Positions 1 through 10,264 of a stretch of 64,000 nt of DNA are shown here, in pieces. The translations under genes were made by a program, and so were the position numbers. A model generated the notes under the pieces. That model was not told the DNA's origin. It made no database searches and worked only from the letters and a program-made list of their open reading frames with translations. The DNA is from Dehalococcoidia bacterium (GTDB lineage Bacteria > Chloroflexota > Dehalococcoidia > Bin125), in contig OZ244584.1 in the NCBI GenBank assembly GCA_965218115.1, positions 2,183,547-2,247,546 of the forward strand, in the 5' to 3' direction. The first letter of the stretch is position 1. Every line of letters begins with the position of its first letter.

Positions 1-70
1 CCACGACCCTCCCAGATTCAGCCAAACACAGTCCACCCCATCATACGCCGACCTGCGGGCGGGAATGCGT

Positions 71-2077
71 CTACGGGGCCGCGGCGCAGTGAGCGGCGGG
101 GAGTGAGCTCTCGCCAAGAGCCATCCAGCGCCCATCGGGCGACCACGCGACCTCGCGGAGGCTGGCGGAAATGGCGCGACTCGGCGCTCGAAACGCCCGC
201 GCGAAGCCGCCGAGGTGGTTGTAGATGCGGATCTGTGTGATGCGATGATGGCCGAGCACGGCGGCCAGCCCGTCTCGTCCTCGCAGTCCGTCGTCGTGCC
301 ATTCGGTGAATTCGAAGACTTCGAGCGTGAATTGCTCCCCATCCGGCGACCAGTTCCGCGCACCGCCGCAGACATGTCCGTCAGGAGACTGAATAATGAG
401 ATCGACCTCAGCTGCTTGCCCGGAGCCGAGGTCCACAACGTGCACACCGGCGTACATCCCGAAGTCGCCGTCCAGGGGGAGCCAGAGGAGTCGGTCGCCG
501 GACGGCGCCACGTGCATCGGGGGTGCATACCCCACGTAGCCCGGCAACTCCAACCCTCCGCTGACGGATATCTTGCCAGTCGCCCGGTCGAACACGACCA
601 CGAGGGGATCTTCGGCGCGCTCCGCGAGCAACGCCGCCCATCGCCCGTCGGCAGACCGGGCGCTCGTGACAACTCGGCTGAGTCCGTCAAGCTCGCTCGG
701 CGGGCGCGCCTCACCCGAGTCTAGATCGAAGACGGACCACCTACCCGCTGCCGACCCACCCGGCAAGCGGGATCCGAGCGGCACATATCCAAGCAGCGAT
801 CGTTGGCCAGCGACATACGACCATCCCTCAGGGAACGCCGCGTTGGCCTGGAGCAGCGTGACGTCCGGCTCCGCGCTGTACCGGCCACCCGCGCAGTTGA
901 TCAGGGATCCGTCAGGGAGCCAGCGCCAATAGCATCTGGGCATGCCCTCGACCTGCGGAAGGGCTGAACGCGCTCCGTTGAGCGTGACGACGGAGTGTTG
1001 CCACCTGGTCCCGGGCCACTCCTCAACGTCATCGTCACTCCAGTGACGTGGCACGAGCAACATCCGACCGTCGGGCGACCAGTGGCCGACCCACTCCAAG
1101 ATTCCGGCTTTCGTGGGCAGTGGCCGTAACACCTGCGGTGCGGTCGCCCATGGACCGCCGTCGGTCGACACGATCACCACGTTGCGCTCGGTGCCCTCGC
1201 GCCCGCAGTCGGCGTCCGACGCAGCGCAGACCGAGACGGCGATGTGCCGTCCATCGGGCGCAATCTTGACACGACCGGGCGGCCTGGCGTGCGTCGTCAG
1301 GTCATCGCGGGCGGGGGCGTAGCGCCAGACGATCTGCTCGCCAACGCCAACCAGTGTGCTCTCGCCTGTCCAGAGCCAGTCGTGCGCGGGCGGCAGCAAG
1401 ACTGCGGCGCGCCCGTCGTGATCGCGCAGCGGCAGAACAGTCGTGCCTCTGCCGATGAAGATCGGCAGGTCTTCCGCCGCCAGGGCGGGCAGGTCATCGG
1501 CTCGCAGCCGTACCGCTTCCGCACGCACCCAGGCGACCGGCGGCTGAACGTCGCGCAACGTCACCGCAATCCAGTCTGCGTCGGCGGATCGACCCACGAC
1601 TGCGTATCCGCTTGACCGCCAGATCAGCTTGAAGCCCGTGGTGGGGCCGCCCGGCCAGCTCGAAATGTTCGCGTAGGACCGAACCATGTCGGCACGGATC
1701 GGGTCCGCGAAGGCGAGAGGAAGGTGTTCCAGCGCGGACTCGTCCAGGCCCGAATCGGCGACGCGCATCCACCCCTGCGGAACCTCACCAGCGCCAATCC
1801 GCAACCACCGATCGCCGCCTGGCGTCACGGCGCTCGTCGTCACCAGATCGCCCGCAGTGAGTTCAACCACCACAGGCCAAGTCAGCGCTGGGCGCAGGCG
1901 CACGGCCGCATCCGCGGCTAACCGAATCCGCGGCGGCGCCACCGCGGCGCCCTCCGCCGCCAATTCCGCATAGGGAAACCCCGGCCCCGACGCCACAGCT
2001 CCGTCCGCTGCGCAGAGCAGCACCGCCACCAACACCGCACCGACAGCGAGGATCTGGCGACCGCCCATACCCACCAA
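71..2077 (-). CDS. secreted repeat protein with PD40/TolB-like beta-propeller repeats (N-terminal SH3-like segment possible)
   Basis: 668-aa ORF with a hydrophobic N-terminus (ILAVGAVLVAVLLCAADGAVA). Recurrent PD40-type blade motifs: APDGRHIAVS, WSPDGRMLLV, SADGRWAALL, WSPDGEQFT, WSPDGRWMALG. Start codon uncertain (TTG 2077, GTG 2074 or ATG 2068). Confidence 0.7.
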   Translation of the reverse strand: MVGMGGRQILAVGAVLVAVLLCAADGAVASGPGFPYAELAAEGAAVAPPRIRLAADAAVRLRPALTWPVVVELTAGDLVTTSAVTPGGDRWLRIGAGEVPQGWMRVADSGLDESALEHLPLAFADPIRADMVRSYANISSWPGGPTTGFKLIWRSSGYAVVGRSADADWIAVTLRDVQPPVAWVRAEAVRLRADDLPALAAEDLPIFIGRGTTVLPLRDHDGRAAVLLPPAHDWLWTGESTLVGVGEQIVWRYAPARDDLTTHARPPGRVKIAPDGRHIAVSVCAASDADCGREGTERNVVIVSTDGGPWATAPQVLRPLPTKAGILEWVGHWSPDGRMLLVPRHWSDDDVEEWPGTRWQHSVVTLNGARSALPQVEGMPRCYWRWLPDGSLINCAGGRYSAEPDVTLLQANAAFPEGWSYVAGQRSLLGYVPLGSRLPGGSAAGRWSVFDLDSGEARPPSELDGLSRVVTSARSADGRWAALLAERAEDPLVVVFDRATGKISVSGGLELPGYVGYAPPMHVAPSGDRLLWLPLDGDFGMYAGVHVVDLGSGQAAEVDLIIQSPDGHVCGGARNWSPDGEQFTLEVFEFTEWHDDGLRGRDGLAAVLGHHRITQIRIYNHLGGFARAFRAPSRAISASLREVAWSPDGRWMALGESSLPAAHCAAAP

Positions 2078-2120
2078 GACGCCGCCCGCCGCCGCCCAGT
2101 TCCGCCCACGACAAGAACAC

Positions 2121-3068
2121 CTACGTGAACAGCGCCCCGACCGACTCGCCCTCGTGGATTCGACGAATCGCCTCGCCCAGCAGCGGCGCCACCGACACCT
2201 TCTTGAACAGGCCGTCCGGTGAACCCTCCGGCGTCGGCAGCGTGTCCGTCGTCACCACTGACGCGATCGGGCTGCGGCTCAGCCGCTCCAGCGCCGGCGA
2301 CGAGAACAATCCGTGCGTCGCTGCCACATAGATGGTCTGCGCGCCCTCGTCGCGCAGCATCTGCGCCACCTCGCAGACCGTCCCCGCCGTGTCGATCTCG
2401 TCATCGATGATCAACACGTCGCGACCCGCCACACTGCCGATCAGCTGCAGCATCTCGGCGCAGTCGTCGTTGCCCGTGCGGCGCTTCTCGGCGACCGCCA
2501 GCGGCAGATCGAGCATCGCAGCCGCCGTGCGCGCCCGCTTCGCGCTGCCCAGGTCGGGCGACACCACCACGCCATCGAACTCCTGCTCGGCGAAGTGTTC
2601 AATCAACAGTCGCTGGCCGGTCAACTCGTCAGTCGGAATATGGAAGAATCCCTGAATCTGCCCGGCGTGCAGGTCCATCGTCAGCATCCGGTCGGCGCCC
2701 GCCGTCTGGATCAGGTCCGCAAACAGCCGCGCGGTGATCGGCACTCGCGGCTGGTCTTTCTTGTCCGAGCGCCCGTAGGCGTAATACGGCGCCACCGCCG
2801 TGACCCGGCCGGCCGACGCACGACGCGCCGCATCGATCATGATCAACAGCTCGACCAGGTGCTGATTGACCGGCGCGCTGCCCGGCTGGATCAGGAACAC
2901 ATCGCGCTCACGGATGTTCTGCAATAGCTGCACGAACGTGTTCCCGTTCGCGAAGTCGAACACGTTCGCCTCGCCCAGCTCGATCCGCAGAGACGCGCAC
3001 ACATCGCGCGCGAGCTGGGGGTGCGCGTTGCCGCTAAAGATCACCGGCGGCCCAATGAAGCGACTCAC
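2121..3068 (-). CDS. prs: ribose-phosphate pyrophosphokinase (PRPP synthetase)
   Basis: Translation VSRFIGPPVIFSGNAHPQLA...DLHAGQIQGFF...VLIIDDEIDTAGT matches PRPP synthetase hallmarks. I chose GTG at 3068, preceded by GGAGGAG (revcomp of 3072-3078), rather than the ORF-track ATG at 3191. Confidence 0.93.
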   Translation of the reverse strand: MSRFIGPPVIFSGNAHPQLARDVCASLRIELGEANVFDFANGNTFVQLLQNIRERDVFLIQPGSAPVNQHLVELLIMIDAARRASAGRVTAVAPYYAYGRSDKKDQPRVPITARLFADLIQTAGADRMLTMDLHAGQIQGFFHIPTDELTGQRLLIEHFAEQEFDGVVVSPDLGSAKRARTAAAMLDLPLAVAEKRRTGNDDCAEMLQLIGSVAGRDVLIIDDEIDTAGTVCEVAQMLRDEGAQTIYVAATHGLFSSPALERLSRSPIASVVTTDTLPTPEGSPDGLFKKVSVAPLLGEAIRRIHEGESVGALFT

Positions 3069-3258
3069 GTGTACTCCTCCGCGCGAACGTATCGCACTCC
3101 CCCGCCTGCGGCCACTGGCTCGTCCACACGCCATGCAGCGCGTGGACAAGTCGGCCCGGCCCGTCGCCCGGCGCGCCGCCCAGCCCGCCAACCGCGCGAT
3201 CGATTCCGGTCAACGTGTCAGCCCAACGTTGCCCAGCTAACGGAGAACGAATCGGGTC

Positions 3259-3287
3259 TTGCACGCTGCCGCGCGCGTGGGTACGAT
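3259..3287 (+). promoter_or_regulatory. sigma70-like promoter of groES-groEL (TTGCAC-17 nt-TACGAT)
   Basis: TTGCAC at 3259-3264, a 17-nt spacer, then TACGAT at 3282-3287. The CIRCE element starts 9 nt downstream, which is the classical arrangement. Confidence 0.5.
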
Positions 3288-3295
3288 TCGGCTTG

Positions 3296-3322
3296 TTAGC
3301 ACTCGCGGGGTAGGAGTGCCAG
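3296..3322 (+). promoter_or_regulatory. CIRCE operator (HrcA-binding inverted repeat)
   Basis: TTAGCACTC-gcggggtag-GAGTGCCAG versus consensus TTAGCACTC-N9-GAGTGCTAA. The left arm is 9/9, the spacer is exactly 9 nt, and the right arm is 7/9. It lies 129 nt upstream of groES. Confidence 0.8.
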
Positions 3323-3450
3323 CCCAACGGCGTCAGGGTGCTAGCCGAGTGGCGAGCGCCAGCCGGGACGCCTCAATCCCCCGCGGTGCGCAACCCACGA
3401 ATCGCGGCGCCATGCGCCGGCACGCAGAAGGAATCAGAGGAAACGCGCCA

Positions 3451-3753
3451 ATGGCAGAGGGAACACGTCTGGAGCCGCTGAACGACCGCCTGGTCATCAC
3501 CCCGCTCCACCAGGAACAGGTCCTGTCGAGCGGGATCGTCATCCCCGACTCGGCCAAAGAGAAGCCGCAGCAGGGTGAAGTCATCGCAATCGGCCCCGGT
3601 AAGCGCGACGACGACGGCAAGCGGATCCCGCTCGACATCGTGGTCGGTGACCGGATTCTCTACAAGAAGTACACCGGCCAAGAAATCCAGATCGACAACG
3701 AGGACCTGATCGTCCTCGAGGAGCGCGAAGTGCTCGCCAAGGTGGTCGTCTAG
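3451..3753 (+). CDS. groES: co-chaperonin GroES
   Basis: [18 protein letters not shown]...[38 protein letters not shown] is a 100-aa Cpn10. ATG at 3451; the ORF-track start at 3259 is an upstream extension over the promoter/CIRCE. Confidence 0.97.
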   Translation: MAEGTRLEPLNDRLVITPLHQEQVLSSGIVIPDSAKEKPQQGEVIAIGPGKRDDDGKRIPLDIVVGDRILYKKYTGQEIQIDNEDLIVLEEREVLAKVVV

Positions 3754-3803
3754 ACCACTCCGCAGCCGCGACACAGTTTGGGCCAGCCCACTCACGCCCC
3801 TGA

Positions 3804-5465
<1,662 letters not shown>

Positions 5466-5494
5466 CCAGCCCACCCCCCTCAAGGGACCCAATC

Positions 5495-5527
5495 ACGAAG
5501 CCCGAGCGCGACGCGCTCGGGCTTCGT
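5495..5527 (+). terminator. stem-loop downstream of groEL (putative intrinsic terminator)
   Basis: ACGAAGCCCGAGCGCG-a-CGCGCTCGGGCTTCGT is a near-perfect 16-nt inverted repeat 30 nt after the groEL stop. It is followed by cgTTcTcc, which is only weakly U-rich. Confidence 0.55.
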
Positions 5528-5637
5528 CGTTCTCCGCCTCCTCGCATCGCAAGCAAGCTCCCGCACGGCTACTACTCCGCTCCACCCCGACGCGGGGGGA
5601 GCTGTCGCAACGCAAGCCAAGGCAGGTGAGGTGGGCC

Positions 5638-7224
5638 CTACGGCCGCATCCCGTACCGCACCCGCACCCCCAGCTGCGCCGGCAGCTGTTGCGCGTACGC
5701 GATCTCCAGCCACTCCGCCAGCATCCAGCGGGTGTCGCGCGGATCGATGATGTCCTCCACCGCGAACGCCTCAGCCGCGCTGAACGGGCTGCGCAGCGCG
5801 ATCAGTCGCTCCTCGATCTCGGCTCGGTGCGCCGCCGGATCATCGGCCGCCTCGATCTCCCGGCGGTAGGCCGCGGCGACCCCGCCCTCGATCGGGATCG
5901 AGCCCCACTCCGCCGAAGGCCAGGCCACGCGGAAGCAGAAGCGGCTGAAGTCCTGGTGCGCGCCGCCGGCCACGCCGTACAGCCGGCGCACCACCACCGT
6001 CGCCCAGGGGACCTGCGAGTCATCGATCGCGCACGCCGCGCGCACGCCCGCCCGCAGCGCCCCGCCGCCCTCGCCCGGACGACCGATCAGAAAGCCCGGC
6101 TGGTCGGCGAAGTTCACGATCGGCAGGTGGAACACGTCGCACAGGTCCACGAAGCGCTCAAACTTGCGCGCCTCTGGCGCGCCCATCGCCCCGCCGTAGT
6201 GCATCGGGTCGTTGCCCAGCACGCCGACCGGCATCCCCGCGATCCGCGCGAATCCCGTCACCTGCGAGCGCCCATAGTAGCGGTTCAGCTCGAAGAACGA
6301 GCCGCGATCCACCACCAGTTCGATCAGCTTGCGCGGGCTGTACCCGCGGTTGCGGTGCCGCGGAATGATCGAAACCAGGCCTTCCTCGCGCCGGTCAACG
6401 GGGTCGTCCGTCGCCACGATCGGCGGCAGCTGATGCACGTTCGTCGGCAGATACGACAGAAACGTCCGGATCTGGCCCATCAGGTCGTCCTCATCCTCCG
6501 CGTCGTTGTCCACCACCCCGCTGCTCCGCGCGTGCACCTGATAGCCGCCCAGGTCCTCCTTGCTGATGTCCTCACCGAGCGAGCGCTTGACCAGCGGTGG
6601 TCCGCCCGCGAACACCTGCGTCGTGCCTCGCACCATCACGGCGAAATGACTGGCCGGCACCTCGGCCGCCGGCAGGCCGGCCACCGAGCCCATCGCCGCC
6701 GAGACCACCGGGACCTCGCCCAGCAGCTTCGCCCAGCGCTGCGGCCAGAAGAGCTCGGGCAGATACGTGCGACCCATCTGCGCCGTCGCCCGGATGTCCG
6801 CCCCAAACCCGTCGATCAGCCGGATCAGCGGAATCTTCAACTCCAGCGCCATGCTCTCCGCATTGCCCGTCTTGTCGCCGCCGCCCCCGTGCACCCGCAT
6901 CTTGCCGCGCTCGACATCCGAGCCACCCTTCAGACGCGCCGTGAAGTCAGCGCCCCGCACCACCACCGGCCGACCATCGATCTTCGCCGTCCCGATCACG
7001 GATCCCGCGGGCAGGAAACCGACCAGCTCGCCCTCGTCATACATCCCCGCCCCGGCCAGAATGCCCCGCTCGCGAAACGACCCTTCGTCGGTCAGCAGGT
7101 CGAGCCGCTCGCGAATCGTCAGCCGCCCCTGCGCGTGCTGCTCCGCGATCCGCTCCGGTCCGCCCATCCGCTTCGCCAGCTTCCGGCGCAGCGCAATCTC
7201 TTCGATCTCAGCTTCCCACGACAT
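5638..7224 (-). CDS. acyl-CoA carboxylase carboxyltransferase (beta) subunit, propionyl-/methylmalonyl-CoA type
   Basis: 528 aa. MSWEAEIEEIALRRKLAKRMGGPERIAEQHAQGRLTIRERLDLL...FGADIRA...GVLGNDP are typical carboxyl-transferase N and C domains. No biotin-carboxylase partner is adjacent. Confidence 0.9.
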   Translation of the reverse strand: MSWEAEIEEIALRRKLAKRMGGPERIAEQHAQGRLTIRERLDLLTDEGSFRERGILAGAGMYDEGELVGFLPAGSVIGTAKIDGRPVVVRGADFTARLKGGSDVERGKMRVHGGGGDKTGNAESMALELKIPLIRLIDGFGADIRATAQMGRTYLPELFWPQRWAKLLGEVPVVSAAMGSVAGLPAAEVPASHFAVMVRGTTQVFAGGPPLVKRSLGEDISKEDLGGYQVHARSSGVVDNDAEDEDDLMGQIRTFLSYLPTNVHQLPPIVATDDPVDRREEGLVSIIPRHRNRGYSPRKLIELVVDRGSFFELNRYYGRSQVTGFARIAGMPVGVLGNDPMHYGGAMGAPEARKFERFVDLCDVFHLPIVNFADQPGFLIGRPGEGGGALRAGVRAACAIDDSQVPWATVVVRRLYGVAGGAHQDFSRFCFRVAWPSAEWGSIPIEGGVAAAYRREIEAADDPAAHRAEIEERLIALRSPFSAAEAFAVEDIIDPRDTRWMLAEWLEIAYAQQLPAQLGVRVRYGMRP

Positions 7225-7256
7225 ACCGACTCCCCTTCGCTCGCAGGCACGCGAGT

Positions 7257-7299
7257 ACTGCGCCAGTATGGCGCAGTCTCGCGCGCCTCAGCGAGGCGC
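7257..7299 (-). terminator. two adjacent GC-rich hairpins downstream of the binding-protein gene
   Basis: ACTGCGCC-agtat-GGCGCAGT (7257-7277) and GCGCCTC-agc-GAGGCGC (7283-7299), 21-63 nt past the stop at 7320. No clear U-tract. Confidence 0.4.
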
Positions 7300-7319
7300 T
7301 GACTCGGGCAGCGGGTCGG

Positions 7320-9125
7320 TTAGCTGCTCCAGCTCACATCCGCCTGGCCGAAGTGCGGCTTGCCGTCGCCGAAGTGCTCGAACTGCAGGTTCGGGTCGTG
7401 CGCCATCACCGACGCGCTGAAGTACAGCTTGACGTGATACACCCGCGACTCGAGGACGCGGTTCAGCTCGCGCATCGCGACGACGCGTTCCTCCGGGTCG
7501 AAGACCTCGGTGACCTTCGTGAATGCAGCCTGCAGCTCCGCGTCCTTGTCGGCCTCCGGCAGCGCGAAGTCGAACGGCCCGTCCTGCCGCGCCACGAACG
7601 CCATCTGCTGCCAGACATCGGCTCGCACCGACATCCCAGCCATCATCACCGCGGTCTGCTTCTGGACCCACTCGACGTAGTAGTCCGGGCTCGGCCGGAC
7701 CACGATGTTCATCTTGATCCCAAACTGCGCGAGGCTCGCCTGAATGAACTCAGCCTGCGCGACCGCCACGCTGCTGTCGCTGATGTTCATGTCATATTCG
7801 ATGCCGTCGGGGTAACCCGCCAGCTCGAGCTCCTCGCGCACCTTGTCCGGGTCGTAGGTCACGAGCACTTCGTCGGGGTCGTGGAACTCGCCCGTCGCCG
7901 GGCCAAGCCAGCCCCACCTGTTCGGCGTGTGCAGCCCCTCGTACAGCACGTCGACCAGCTTGTCGCGGTCGATCGCGTAGTTCACCGCGCGTCGCAGGTG
8001 CACGTTGTCCCACGGCGGCAGGTTCGGATTGATGTAGAAGAACGAGTTCCCGTTCGTCGCCTTGATGCTGAGGCTCTTGCCCGCGTCCTCAATCCGGCCC
8101 AGGTCCTCCGTCGGCGGCCCGACCACCAGGTCGAACTCGCCCGTCAGCAGACCGTTCGTTACCTGCGAGGCGGTCACGCCCTGCAGCAGCGTCAGCCGCT
8201 CAACGTTCGGCGCGTTCGGCTTCCAGTAGTCGCGGAACCACTCCTGCACATACGGACCATCGAGGTCCTCATCGACATACGTGAACGCGCCCGTGCCCGA
8301 CGGCACCTCGCGGCTGTTGGTCACGTTGATCCGCTCGTGCGAACTCGGCGCCGTGATCATCCCCGCGCGGTCGCCCAGCACCCGCAAAAGCGGCGAGAAC
8401 GGCGCGTTCATCTCAAAGTTGACCGTCAGTTCGTCGACCGCCACCGCCGTCTCGACCGCCGCGAGGTCGGCCTTCACGTTCGAGCCCTCAAGGTTCTTGC
8501 CGCGCTCGATGTGCAGGCGCACCGCCTCCGAGGTCAGCATCGTCCCGTCGTGGAACGGCACCTCCGGCCGCAGCGTGAAGATGATCTTCAGCGGATCCGG
8601 AATCTCCCACACCTCGGCCAGGCTGCGGCTCGCCGTCGGCGTCAACGCCGAGTCGTAGCCCACCAGATTGTCGAACACCGTCCACAGCACCTGATGGTCG
8701 CCGCCGCCTGTGCCCGTCGAACCCTCCGTGCCGCTGATGTTGCCCACCATCGGCCAGGTCACCTCGCCGGTCGGCACGTGCGCGACGGTTTCTTCCTGCG
8801 CCGCCTGCTGCGTCACTGCCTGCTGCTGCTGCTGGTCGTCGGCCGGCTCTGCCGCCTGCTGCTGATCGTCGGCCTGCTGCGCCTGCTGCGCGGCCGTCTG
8901 CTGCTGCGCCTGCTGTGCGGCCGCCTGCGGCTGCTGAGCTGCCTGCTGCTGTTGCTCCTGCTGCTGAACGACCTGCGCGGCCGCCTGCTCCTCATCGTCG
9001 TCGTCGCCACAGCCCACCAACGCGAGGCCTGCCGCCCCGACACCCGCCCGCGCACTGCTACGCAGCAACGCTCGTCGCGAGACACGCTTACGTGCCAGCC
9101 GGGTCCAATAGGTTCGTTCGCTCAT
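7320..9125 (-). CDS. ABC transporter substrate-binding lipoprotein, family 5 (Dpp/Opp/Nik type), Tat signal
   Basis: 601 aa. The N-terminus VSRRALLRSSARAGVGAAGLALVGCGDDDD gives a twin-arginine motif plus a lipobox Cys. A Gln/Ala-rich linker follows, then an SBP_bac_5-like body (FTLRPEVPFHDGT..., YDPDKVREELELAGYPDG). Confidence 0.9.
   Translation of the reverse strand: MSERTYWTRLARKRVSRRALLRSSARAGVGAAGLALVGCGDDDDEEQAAAQVVQQQEQQQQAAQQPQAAAQQAQQQTAAQQAQQADDQQQAAEPADDQQQQQAVTQQAAQEETVAHVPTGEVTWPMVGNISGTEGSTGTGGGDHQVLWTVFDNLVGYDSALTPTASRSLAEVWEIPDPLKIIFTLRPEVPFHDGTMLTSEAVRLHIERGKNLEGSNVKADLAAVETAVAVDELTVNFEMNAPFSPLLRVLGDRAGMITAPSSHERINVTNSREVPSGTGAFTYVDEDLDGPYVQEWFRDYWKPNAPNVERLTLLQGVTASQVTNGLLTGEFDLVVGPPTEDLGRIEDAGKSLSIKATNGNSFFYINPNLPPWDNVHLRRAVNYAIDRDKLVDVLYEGLHTPNRWGWLGPATGEFHDPDEVLVTYDPDKVREELELAGYPDGIEYDMNISDSSVAVAQAEFIQASLAQFGIKMNIVVRPSPDYYVEWVQKQTAVMMAGMSVRADVWQQMAFVARQDGPFDFALPEADKDAELQAAFTKVTEVFDPEERVVAMRELNRVLESRVYHVKLYFSASVMAHDPNLQFEHFGDGKPHFGQADVSWSS
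8790..9008 (-). repeat. CAG/GCN-rich low-complexity coding tract (Asp4-Glu2 then Gln/Ala-rich tether)
   Basis: The plus strand reads as runs of ctgctgctg/ctgcgcc. It encodes residues 40-112 of the binding protein (GDDDDEEQAAAQVVQQQEQQQQAAQQPQ...). Confidence 0.85.
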
Positions 9126-9319
9126 GATGCCTCCCTGAAGAGCATGTCGCGGCGCACGGTCTCAATCGAACCGCGCCCGCCGAAACTCCATGCCGCTTAG
9201 TGTGTCGTAAGACTAAGGTATGGCTCGCGTGCGCAGAAGACCTGCGTCCGCAGTCGGTAGACTGCGCCGCCAGAACACAGGTGGGCGGCGTCCGCGCCCG
9301 ACTGACGGAGTCAAACCCG

Positions 9320-10264
9320 ATGGCGACCTACGTTCTGCGCCGACTCTTCGCCACCATTCCGGTCCTCTTCCTGATTTCCGCGATCACGTTCTTCACCATC
9401 CGCCTGCTGCCCGGCGACCCCGCGCTGGCGATCCTCGGCCCCGAGGCCGACTTCAACCTCGTCGAAGCGCTGCGCGAAGAACTCGGACTCAATCGTCCCG
9501 TCCTCGTGCAGTACGCGGACTGGATGTACCACGCCTTCCAGGGCGAGTTCGGCGTCAGCCGGCGCTCCGGCGACACCGTCGCCGCGCTCGTCTCCGACCG
9601 CCTCGAGGTCACGATTCAACTCGGCATCCTCTCGCTGATCGTCGCCGTCGCGCTCGCCTTACCGATCGGTCTCATGGCCGGCGCGCGTCCCAACACGCCG
9701 TTCGACTACCTCGGCACCGTCTTCGCCGTCGTCGGCGCGGCGATCCCCAACTTCTGGCTCGCACTGGTGTTAATTCTTGTCTTCGCTGTCGATTTCGGCT
9801 GGTTCCCCGCCCTCGGCTTCACCAGCTTCCGCGAGGACCCGCTCGAGAACATGCGCGGCATGCTCCTGCCCGCCGTCGCGATCGGCGTCGCGCAGGCGGC
9901 CGTCCTCGCCCGTCAGACCCGCGCCTCACTGGTCGAGGTGATGCAACAGGACTACGTCCGCACGGCCCGCAGCAAGGGCCTGCGCGAGCGCACCGTGATC
10001 GTGCGCCACGGCTTTCGCAACGCGATGATTCCGGTCGTCACGGTCCTCGGCCTGCAAATTTCGAACATCGTGAGCGGCGCGATCATCATTGAATCAGTGT
10101 TCTCGCTGCCCGGGATCGGCAAACTACTGATCGACTCGATCTTCAATCGCGAACTGGTCACCGTGCAGGCACTGGGGCTGATGCTGGCCGTTGCGGTGGC
10201 GGTCTCGAACCTGTTGGTCGATGTCTCCTACGCCTACCTGGACCCGAGGATCCGCTATGAGTAG
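9320..10264 (+). CDS. ABC transporter permease (DppB/OppB-like)
   Basis: MATYVLRRLFATIPVLFLISAITFFTIRLLPGDP... and C-terminal VDVSYAYLDPRIRYE. ATG at 9320 follows GACGGAG; the ORF-track start at 9200 is an extension. Confidence 0.9.
   Translation: MATYVLRRLFATIPVLFLISAITFFTIRLLPGDPALAILGPEADFNLVEALREELGLNRPVLVQYADWMYHAFQGEFGVSRRSGDTVAALVSDRLEVTIQLGILSLIVAVALALPIGLMAGARPNTPFDYLGTVFAVVGAAIPNFWLALVLILVFAVDFGWFPALGFTSFREDPLENMRGMLLPAVAIGVAQAAVLARQTRASLVEVMQQDYVRTARSKGLRERTVIVRHGFRNAMIPVVTVLGLQISNIVSGAIIIESVFSLPGIGKLLIDSIFNRELVTVQALGLMLAVAVAVSNLLVDVSYAYLDPRIRYE

Noticed and set aside
3338-3363. Possible second CIRCE copy (GGTGCTAGCCGAGTGGCGAGCGCCAGC) downstream of the first.
   Set aside because: The arms do not form the TTAGCACTC/GAGTGCTAA inverted repeat with a 9-nt spacer. 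The resemblance is limited to GTGCTAG and GAGTG fragments.
3259-3450. ORF-track N-terminal extensions. Examples are groES from 3259, permease from 9200, purA from 52133, cobA/hemD to 47757, hemC to 48694, sirC-like to 49565, NUDIX to 28917, PIG-L to 29656, tsaD to 22870, SBP2 to 62682 and prs to 3191.
   Set aside because: The extensions overlap promoters, operators or neighbouring genes and lack an RBS. Internal starts with Shine-Dalgarno sequences coincide with the conserved N-termini of the families.
8790-9008. CTG/CAG-rich repetitive DNA (also 62284-62502) as a possible CRISPR array, microsatellite or non-coding repeat.
   Set aside because: There is no repeat-spacer periodicity. Both tracts are in frame inside the binding-protein genes and encode Gln/Ala/Asp-rich linkers.
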